Positions 37,219-44,163 of a DNA stretch of 49,863 bases are shown in pieces. The first letter of the stretch is position 1; the number at the start of each line of letters is the position of its first letter. This stretch comes from a virus. A program made the translations under genes and the position numbers. The stretch lies in the UHGV virus genome UHGV-1522688. One strand, written 5' to 3'. Below the pieces are notes generated by a model. The model was given only the letters and a program-made list of their open reading frames with translations, had not been told where the DNA came from and made no database searches.

Positions 37219-37300
37219 GGTATTCCCCGTGGCGCATAATTGTCAGGTTACTGGTTGTTCAGGCCAGTGACAGAATTATGATTGGGTACGTAGCATTAAG

Positions 37301-37522
37301 TCAATTTTTAGAAGTCATCTCCCTTACAACTTCCATGATGGTTTCTTTGGACCAGTACAATTCATCTCTGGATAATTTTCTGTTAGTTACAGAACCGGCC
37401 TTGGCTGAAAGGATGTAGCGTTCATCCGCTGCAAGTCCGAAAGACAAAAGCTCCCGACCTTTCCCATCGGTTATGATCACCCGTAAATTATCAGCAAGAT
37501 CTGATTGGGCTATATCTGCCAC
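37301..37522 (-). CDS. hypothetical small protein
   Basis: 73-aa ORF. Confidence 0.4.
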   Translation of the reverse strand: MADIAQSDLADNLRVIITDGKGRELLSFGLAADERYILSAKAGSVTNRKLSRDELYWSKETIMEVVREMTSKN

Positions 37523-37631
37523 TTAATCCCCCTGAGCGACATACAGACGCGATTAAAGAATGTCGGCAGCAGCATCAAAGGGATACACATTTTGGTATTC
37601 TGATAAATGCGCGCCAGCCTTAAGCGCAATT

Positions 37632-37865
37632 CTAATAAAACCAGTCGTCAGCGCTTTCCCAGGTATCCTGGAGGATTGATTCAATTTTCTTTTTATCGTC
37701 CTTGTCACCGCCAAAAACACTTAACCCATCCGACCCGGCACGGCGGATTGTGAGCCTGCAATTGTCATAGTGATCATTCAGGCGCTTAAGCAATTCTTTC
37801 TCCAGTGCAGGAACCGCGCCTTTAGGAAGTTCTTTCATACGATCAATGGTTAATTCAACTTTCAT
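37632..37865 (-). CDS. DinI-family protein (second copy)
   Basis: Start at ATG with GGAGG SD: MKVELTIDR...; C-terminal 'KKKIESILQDTWESADDWFY' nearly identical to DinI 'QRISEILQETWESADDWFVSE'. Confidence 0.8.
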   Translation of the reverse strand: MKVELTIDRMKELPKGAVPALEKELLKRLNDHYDNCRLTIRRAGSDGLSVFGGDKDDKKKIESILQDTWESADDWFY

Positions 37866-37883
37866 AATGGCCTCCAATGCATA

Positions 37884-37903
37884 TACTGTGTTTTTATACA
37901 GTA
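37884..37903. promoter_or_regulatory. LexA box upstream of second dinI-like gene
   Basis: TACTGTGTTTTTATACAGTA: perfect CTGT-N8-ACAG, 19 nt upstream of start codon. Confidence 0.65.
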
Positions 37904-38172
37904 TACCTATGAGAGGAAATGATCAACGTTTTAAGAGCACAAATTGTTAATTTCCTGTCAGGAATAAAAAAAGAAAACCCGCCGTAGCGGGTTGAATTCG
38001 TGATGGTTTATAAAGATGTAATTTCTTTCTACTGACAAATCTATGGCTACCCATTTACCCTCAAACGTGAATACAGCATACGCGCCGACATACTGATTAT
38101 CTCTTTGTGGATCGGGATATGATCAACCTTCTGCCAGAACGTAAAACTTGATGCCGCTGACAAATAAACAGC

Positions 38173-38433
38173 TCATTGTTTCTTCTCGTTCTGGGCTGCC
38201 ATATCCAGATAGCGCGGGTCGGATGCTCTCGGTAATGTCAGACTTTGCTCGCGATAGTAGCGCACACGCTCCATGAAGTATTCGCGGAGATGCTCTGGCT
38301 GATCACGGGCTTCCTGTTCAGCGATAACCGGCATGTTCAGGCGCTCTTTGTCCGCTACTCCGGATGCTGCAAAGTCAACGTTAACCTTGTCCTGCTCTTC
38401 TTTCGGCTTGGCTGCAATGTTATGGTTGGACAT
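38173..38433 (-). CDS. hypothetical small acidic protein
   Basis: 86-aa ORF. Confidence 0.4.
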   Translation of the reverse strand: MSNHNIAAKPKEEQDKVNVDFAASGVADKERLNMPVIAEQEARDQPEHLREYFMERVRYYREQSLTLPRASDPRYLDMAAQNEKKQ

Positions 38434-38523
38434 GGTAATCTCACCGGTTAGCTGAGGGAACGATTCTCCTCAACTTGATCATTCAATCTGATTTGTAATC
38501 TTCCGAAATTTGAAATAACATCT

Positions 38524-38928
38524 TTACTTTAATTTATATATTAAACAATCCACAATATCCAAACCATTAACCATACTATTTGAAAGTCGAACTTTGCTAT
38601 TTTCAATAGAGAATGCTCCTTTCATCATTTTATAAATAAAAGCAGACTCTCCTTTAGCTTCGATTGCTTCAAGTGGTATGGAATGGTATTTATTTGATCT
38701 ATTATCTCTATTGATTTGACTTATAAGGCTATAAACGAATGTAGGCCCTTTCTCCTCAAGATCACTTATTACCAAAATATATTTCCAAGAAAACATTTCC
38801 CCATAAAAAAACCACATGGCAGCGGATAAAGCTACTCCTTTCTTCTCTAACTCTTTCATTAGAAATTGGCCAGAATTTTCCATAGAGGTCGTCATTGAGT
38901 GACCTATTACCAGTGACTTCTTACCCAT
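38524..38928 (-). CDS. hypothetical protein (A+T-rich cassette, downstream gene)
   Basis: 134-aa ORF overlapping the upstream gene by 22 nt. Confidence 0.5.
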   Translation of the reverse strand: MGKKSLVIGHSMTTSMENSGQFLMKELEKKGVALSAAMWFFYGEMFSWKYILVISDLEEKGPTFVYSLISQINRDNRSNKYHSIPLEAIEAKGESAFIYKMMKGAFSIENSKVRLSNSMVNGLDIVDCLIYKLK

Positions 38929-39329
38929 TGCAAAACTCCAGATTGATTATTCTCAGCTGCTTCGATGAGCTGCTCCGCCATAGCCCGACTGATAGTAGTT
39001 TCGTAGCGGAGTTGTTCACTCCAATCCTTCATAACAGTCCAAAATATTTCAAACTGCCCATCCTGGGCAGCTAATTGTCTATGTGATAGTTGTAGGCTCG
39101 CCACCTGCATGAGCTTTGTTAGATCATGAACATGTGAGTCCATGGCTAACTTCTTGTCAGGAAATTGAAATGCCGTCACATTTTTTGCTATACATGCTTT
39201 AAGAGCGCACTCAACTGCGTATCCGCAGAGGTAGTATGCACCATGATATAATCCATTCTGTAACAGACATTTTGCTTCCGTTAACCTTATACCAGTTAAA
39301 ACTTCTAGGTCAGATTTATTCATTTGCAA
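38907..39329 (-). CDS. hypothetical protein, possibly HEPN-like helical domain (A+T-rich cassette, upstream gene)
   Basis: 140 aa; 'GAYYLCGYAVECALKACIA' resembles first helix of HEPN-type domains; canonical Rx4-6H not clearly seen. Confidence 0.45.
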   Translation of the reverse strand: MQMNKSDLEVLTGIRLTEAKCLLQNGLYHGAYYLCGYAVECALKACIAKNVTAFQFPDKKLAMDSHVHDLTKLMQVASLQLSHRQLAAQDGQFEIFWTVMKDWSEQLRYETTISRAMAEQLIEAAENNQSGVLQWVRSHW

Positions 39330-39441
39330 ATATTCTAATTTTCTTTCATAGGCACATGGTACTCATTGAGTGTAATTCTTTCCAACAAATTATCAGATAT
39401 ATACGATAAAAGGTCGCTTGATCAATTTTCGGAGCTAGGAG

Positions 39442-39894
39442 CTAAATGATGTGAAGGCGCGGCTCCCCGTTTTTCGGCTCAGGCCACTGACGCTGCTTAT
39501 TCACCGCCAACTTTTCTACCATCGCCTGGTTAATCTGCTCGTCACTGATACCGGCACGACGTTGCGCATCCCATAACAGGAATTGCATGTCAGCCCATTC
39601 GCTAAGGTCGCCTGGTTCAGCAGCAGCCTCGAGTGCTTCTTTGGAAAGGTGCTTCAGCGGACCAACTGGACCGACATCGCCGAAAGTAGCCAGTGACCAC
39701 GCTGCATGTTCACGGCGTACTTGTTCGCGGGCCATCGACTCCAGAACCCCATTAAACACCTTCACAGCATCAGCCATTGCGTAGCCGAGATTGCCGCCGT
39801 CGCTTTGTGCTGCTGCTTTGCTGAGTATTTCTCTTATCTGGTGCAGGCGATTGAGTGATACAGGACCGTTCGCCGGGTGGTTGTTAGTGGTCAT
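39442..39894 (-). CDS. MazG-like nucleotide pyrophosphohydrolase (DUF550-like)
   Basis: Start taken at MTTNNHPANG; 'EALEAAAEPGDLSEWADMQFLLWDAQRRAG' resembles MazG-type fold. Confidence 0.55.
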   Translation of the reverse strand: MTTNNHPANGPVSLNRLHQIREILSKAAAQSDGGNLGYAMADAVKVFNGVLESMAREQVRREHAAWSLATFGDVGPVGPLKHLSKEALEAAAEPGDLSEWADMQFLLWDAQRRAGISDEQINQAMVEKLAVNKQRQWPEPKNGEPRLHII

Positions 39895-40202
39895 ACTGAT
39901 GCTCTCCCGTAAAATGCCAGAACCCGCTTCATCGCCGGACTTGTACGGCATACTGAAGTAACCATGTTTTTTCTCATGTTCGATTTGATCTGCTTGATAT
40001 TCAGTTCCCCGCCTAGTTGCAGCGAATAGACCGGGTGATGTGGCTCCCCAGCGCGAATAACTACTGCCCTACGTACCAGGTGAAGCAGCAGGTTGTGTGC
40101 TTTCTTGCAGTCGCATCCCAGCAGGTTCTGAACCTGACGCGGGGTTATGGTCTGGTTAACCCGAAGGAAATCGACAATTGCCCACAGTGATTTGCTTGCC
40201 AT
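39891..40202 (-). CDS. hypothetical protein (replication-region)
   Basis: 103-aa ORF, 4-nt overlap with downstream gene. Confidence 0.45.
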   Translation of the reverse strand: MASKSLWAIVDFLRVNQTITPRQVQNLLGCDCKKAHNLLLHLVRRAVVIRAGEPHHPVYSLQLGGELNIKQIKSNMRKNMVTSVCRTSPAMKRVLAFYGRASV

Positions 40203-40220
40203 AGTGATTTTCCCTCGCGG

Positions 40221-40970
40221 TTATTTAACGATCCGGAGATGGCTAACGTTCTTGCGATAGCTGCCCCAGTCAAAGTTCACCCACATCCCGCCATCCATCT
40301 GGAGGCGATCGATAACCCGCGCACCCAACGCGCCGAGAAGTTCGTCGTGGTTCAGATTCGTCAGAACGCCAACCGGGCGCATTGATGACAGCCGACGGTC
40401 AATAACCTGATTCAGAATGACTTTCTCCCCGTTGCTACCGCGCTGAATACCGACTTCATCCAGCACCAGCAGATCGACTTTGCAGAGGTCATCCAAAAGT
40501 GAAGCCTCGGATTGACCACCGTCGTAGCACTCGCGAACGCGCAGCATCAGATCAGGGATTGTCACCACCAACACAGATTGCCCACCGGACAGGAGATGAT
40601 TCCCGATTGCCGCTGCCAGATGGTTTTTCCCGGTACCAGGACCGCCACTGAATACAAAACTCGCAAAGCCGGCTCCAAAGTTCTGCGCGTAGCTCTTTGC
40701 CATGGTATAGGCCTTGCGCTGTTGCTCCCCGGACACTTCGTAGTTGGCGAACGTGCAGCTGCGGTGCAGGCTTTGAATTCCTGAGCGGCCGAAGATTTTC
40801 TCTGTGCGCGCTTTCTGATTCAGCTTGTCCAACTCTTCGCAATGTTTCAGGCCTTCTTCCCGCTGCCACGCCAGCAGCTCTGCTGCGCTGGTGAACTTCG
40901 GCTGAACGCCTGGCGGAATGAGTTTTTTCAGGCGCTCAAGAGCGCTGCCGGAATTAACAATGTTTTTCAC
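40221..40970 (-). CDS. DnaC-like helicase loader (IstB-like ATPase)
   Basis: 249 aa; Walker A 'SGGPGTGKNHLAAAIG', Walker B 'LLVLDEVG'. Confidence 0.85.
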   Translation of the reverse strand: MKNIVNSGSALERLKKLIPPGVQPKFTSAAELLAWQREEGLKHCEELDKLNQKARTEKIFGRSGIQSLHRSCTFANYEVSGEQQRKAYTMAKSYAQNFGAGFASFVFSGGPGTGKNHLAAAIGNHLLSGGQSVLVVTIPDLMLRVRECYDGGQSEASLLDDLCKVDLLVLDEVGIQRGSNGEKVILNQVIDRRLSSMRPVGVLTNLNHDELLGALGARVIDRLQMDGGMWVNFDWGSYRKNVSHLRIVK

Positions 40971-40972
40971 CG

Positions 40973-41917
40973 TTACCCCCTGAATCCGGTTGGGATGGTT
41001 TTATCTGGCTCGGAAATGCGGTTCACATCCCTCCCCGTTTTGCGGTCGTTGAGAGCGAACTTCGGTTTGAACAGTCCCTGGTATCCGTTGGCGATACTGG
41101 TGTTGATCACATCAACCGGGTCATGCCCTTCGTCCAGGCAAGCCTTGAGCAACTTGAAAGCTTTGGTGACCGTCATTTCGGTCTTGATGGCTTTGCCAGA
41201 CTGTTGGCGGTAGGCAACCCACTCATTCCAGGACACAGAATCAAGCCACTCAGGAACGGGAATCGTCAACGGGTCAAACTTACCCCTCCCCTTTGGGGGA
41301 TTAGAGGGGGTTAGATCTGTATTTATATTTGTATTTGGAAGAATGTCTTTGGTGTTCCCTGTTTTCAGGGATACCTCTCCCTGTTTTTGGGGATGGTTAT
41401 CCCCGTTTTCAGGGATGGTTGAATGGGTAAAATTGCTATCCCTGAATTCGGGGATGGTAATTACCCATGTAACAACTTCAGCAGCAGGAAACACCGCTGG
41501 ACACTTCATGCAATTTGGCTTGGTATACGCCCATTTATCCAGGCTGGTATTAATCCCTATGTATCTGGTTTGCCCAATGCGGCGCAGGATGATGATGTTC
41601 CGATAGGCAAGGCTCAACACGGCCTCAGAGACGTGCTTCACCTTCAGCGTCGTTTTATCTGCAATGAGGCTATTGGCGATGCGGTCAGAACTCTTAGACC
41701 AGCCATAGGTCAGACGAACGATAGCATTCAGCACCCGAAACTCACGCCCGGATAGTTCGACGATACACAGGGCATCCTGAATCTGGTTGGCCAGGCGCAA
41801 ATAGCCTTTCTCCAGATCAGCCATGCTGCTCTCCTGTTTCCCCTGCTGTGTGGGGAATTTGAATATTTCAGCGGTATTTGACATACTGTTCCCCGCAATC
41901 ACTTTCCGTTTTTGCAC
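40973..41917 (-). CDS. O: replication initiator O-like protein
   Basis: N-terminal region 'LRLANQIQDALCIVELSGREFRVLNAIVRLTYGWSKSSDRIANSLIADKTTLKVKHVSEA' parallels lambda O; contains iterons internally. Confidence 0.8.
   Translation of the reverse strand: MQKRKVIAGNSMSNTAEIFKFPTQQGKQESSMADLEKGYLRLANQIQDALCIVELSGREFRVLNAIVRLTYGWSKSSDRIANSLIADKTTLKVKHVSEAVLSLAYRNIIILRRIGQTRYIGINTSLDKWAYTKPNCMKCPAVFPAAEVVTWVITIPEFRDSNFTHSTIPENGDNHPQKQGEVSLKTGNTKDILPNTNINTDLTPSNPPKGRGKFDPLTIPVPEWLDSVSWNEWVAYRQQSGKAIKTEMTVTKAFKLLKACLDEGHDPVDVINTSIANGYQGLFKPKFALNDRKTGRDVNRISEPDKTIPTGFRG
41356..41454. repeat. origin iterons: four ~16-bp internally palindromic repeats (TCCCTGTTTTCAGGGA variants) next to an A/T-rich stretch, inside O gene
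   Basis: Copies at about 41356, 41378, 41400, 41439; adjacent 'atctgtatttatatttgtatttgg'. Confidence 0.7.
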
Positions 41918-41968
41918 CTGAAGGCCGTTGGTGTTCGAGCACCGCGGCTTTCGCCATTTTTAAACCCG

Positions 41969-42508
41969 TCATACAACCCCCAGCATCAACTGCACCATCT
42001 CCATCAGCGGACCGGTTAAGCCAGGGTCAACGCGGTACATCTCCACGATCCCCTCGCTCAGCTCTTTCAGCTTCTGATGACGCGGCGCATCCATTGCGAC
42101 AGCTATCTTCGCTTCGCTGGTTTCCTTCTCCATACGTGCCAGGCGAGCCATGATGTTGTCTTCTGGCAGCAGGCGGTTGCGGTATTCAATCGGCAGAACT
42201 GCGAGGATTGCGGGAGTCAGCTGGCGAACGTTCTCGCGGTACCGCTCGCTGTTGAAATGGTTATCGAGGAAGCGGAAAAGCTTCTGGCGCTTTCGGCAGA
42301 GATCATCAGGGAAAGTGATGTCGTCACCACCCTGCGCCTGGTACTCTTCGATGATCAGAGCAGTAACTACGTCCTGACCATCAGCACCAGCCCAGGAGCG
42401 AACCGCATCACGAATATCTTCGTGGCTCGGCCCCCTGCGTGCTTGAGCGCGATTTATCATTACCCCTTGAGTAATATCGCTATCATTCTGATAAGTAAGT
42501 GTCTGCAT
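41969..42508 (-). CDS. YdaT-like (DUF1019) protein in cII position
   Basis: 179 aa; 'VVTALIIEEYQAQGG...LTPAILAVLPIEYRNRL' resembles Rac YdaT as recalled. Confidence 0.55.
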   Translation of the reverse strand: MQTLTYQNDSDITQGVMINRAQARRGPSHEDIRDAVRSWAGADGQDVVTALIIEEYQAQGGDDITFPDDLCRKRQKLFRFLDNHFNSERYRENVRQLTPAILAVLPIEYRNRLLPEDNIMARLARMEKETSEAKIAVAMDAPRHQKLKELSEGIVEMYRVDPGLTGPLMEMVQLMLGVV

Positions 42509-42519
42509 GATTAAGCCTC

Positions 42520-42738
42520 CTAACGTGGCAAACCATCTGTTGGGTTTGGGTAAATATCACTACGGACCTCATGCGGAGTGATTTTCCAATCGAGTAAACG
42601 GCAAATTGGAAGCACGCGGTGCGCAGGAACCTCGTGGTTTAACCAAAGGCTGACCGCTTGAGACGTAGTGCCAAGATTTTTCGCTATTTCTGTTTGCGTC
42701 ATAACCGCACAAACACGTTGTTTAATGGAATTTGTCAT
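42520..42738 (-). CDS. Cro/YdaS-like HTH regulator
   Basis: Start taken at MTNSIKQRVCAVMTQTEIAKNLGTTSQAVSLW; HTH; divergent from repressor. Confidence 0.7.
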   Translation of the reverse strand: MTNSIKQRVCAVMTQTEIAKNLGTTSQAVSLWLNHEVPAHRVLPICRLLDWKITPHEVRSDIYPNPTDGLPR

Positions 42739-42847
42739 ATGCAACCCTCGGATATTGAAATTCAAGATTACAACATGAAAAAAATATTTTCAATCCTGAA
42801 TGAAAATAATCTTTGCAATGCGGAATGAAAGGCTACCTTGTAGAATG
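42739..42847. promoter_or_regulatory. immunity-region divergent promoter/operator with inverted repeats
   Basis: Palindrome TTGAAATTCAA (42755-42765) and TTTTCA-N8-TGAAAA (42787-42806) between cro-like and repressor genes. Confidence 0.4.
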
Positions 42848-43264
42848 GAAGACATGAAAAAAGCACCCAACGAAGCGTTTGCCTACCGACTTCAGCTCGT
42901 CAGAGATGAGTTCGGTTGGAACATGTCAGATATAGCCCGGAGAGCGATGGTTACTCCCCAGGCAGTGCAGCAATGGGCCAAAGGAGAGTCAGCTCCAAGA
43001 GGTGAGCGCTTAAAGCGTCTCGCTGCAGCTGCTGGAAAGCCCGAACATTGGTTTTTCATGCCACCAAATACCGAAGGTGAAGATGCTGGGGTGCATGAGC
43101 CACCGCGGCAACTGGATGAAAAAGAAATCGCACTGCTTACGTTGTTCAATCAAATGCCAGAAGCTGAAAAGCTACGTTTGATAGTGCATGCCAAGGCTAC
43201 CTTGAGAGAGCTTGATCTCCTCAAAGATGATGTGTCTAGCATCATTCAAAGTATTCAGAAGTAA
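42800..43264 (+). CDS. CI-like / XRE-family prophage repressor
   Basis: 154 aa (alternative start 42845); HTH 'WNMSDIARRAMVTPQAVQQWAKGESAP'; divergent from cro-like gene. Confidence 0.75.
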   Translation: MKIIFAMRNERLPCRMEDMKKAPNEAFAYRLQLVRDEFGWNMSDIARRAMVTPQAVQQWAKGESAPRGERLKRLAAAAGKPEHWFFMPPNTEGEDAGVHEPPRQLDEKEIALLTLFNQMPEAEKLRLIVHAKATLRELDLLKDDVSSIIQSIQK

Positions 43265-43281
43265 AATCCCCCCTTCTTTTT

Positions 43282-43310
43282 AATGCAATCAGTCAGTTGA
43301 TTGCATTTTC
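43282..43310 (+). terminator. hairpin with T-run after repressor gene
   Basis: perfect 10-bp inverted repeat aatgcaatca/tgattgcatt with 6-nt loop, followed by TT. Confidence 0.4.
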
Positions 43311-43457
43311 ACGCCATCAATTGAAATTATTATTTTCATTTCGCTTGCATATTGCAATTTTCATTTGTATTGTTACTGACATCGACAACAAGCGCATCGT
43401 TGTCAGGTTCAAGAAACGTTCCGCCAGCCTGGCGACAAGGGCAAAGAGGGGATTGAG

Positions 43458-43658
43458 ATGCAAAACAACCACACAATACCAAACAGCGGCCGCGCAGTTG
43501 CAATGCGTAACCAGCGCACCGGCGCAGCATGGCTGGTCTCTTTTGATTACCGCGAAAGCATGTACTGGCACGAACCGCAGGGCAACCTGCGCCACATCCG
43601 CCGCCCGTATGCTTCCCGCACCATTGAACCGAATCTGGTTCTGGCTGGTACGCACTGA
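43458..43658 (+). CDS. hypothetical small protein
   Basis: 66-aa ORF in early-left region. Confidence 0.3.
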   Translation: MQNNHTIPNSGRAVAMRNQRTGAAWLVSFDYRESMYWHEPQGNLRHIRRPYASRTIEPNLVLAGTH

Positions 43659-43860
43659 TGAACACTCTTTTCGCGTTAGTGCTGACCATTGGCATGACCA
43701 ACGGTGATTATCAGGATGTTGTACTGGGTGTTTATGGCGACCAGCAGCAATGTGAGCAGGCAGCTGTTGAGCAGCAGGTTTCAGGTAGCTGCTACCCAGT
43801 TGAAAGGATCATCAGTAGTGAAGAATTACCTGCTCAGGCAGACGTTAAGTTCTGAGGAAA

Positions 43861-44024
43861 TGATGATGCAGACCAAATGCGGTTATTGCAACAAGCCGGT
43901 TAAACCGGAAGAAGTAATCAAAAGCACCCTTCTCTATCGCAACGGCTCACAGCTGGCACGCAAAGAGAAAGAGTATTGTTCCAAACGTTGCGCTTCGCAC
44001 GACCAGATGGCTCACGAAGGCTAA
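43861..44024 (+). CDS. hypothetical small Cys-containing protein (zinc-ribbon-like)
   Basis: MMMQTKCGYCNKPV...CSKRCASH: CxxC...CxxxC. Confidence 0.35.
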
Positions 44025-44163
44025 CGTAAAACCCGCGCAAGGCGGGATCTACGTCCGGTGCCACCGACCAAAGTTACACCGGAAACAACATCAAAACCAA
44101 AGTTAACCCAATGGGCGCTATCAATGGTCCGGGGATTCTAACACCCAAAAATGAGGATCTCAC

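Noticed and set aside
41356-41454. Possible CRISPR array, considered because of regularly spaced repeats
   Set aside because: Only four repeats, each internally palindromic, inside the O-like coding region and beside an A/T-rich tract; this is the lambda-type ori iteron architecture, and no cas genes are present
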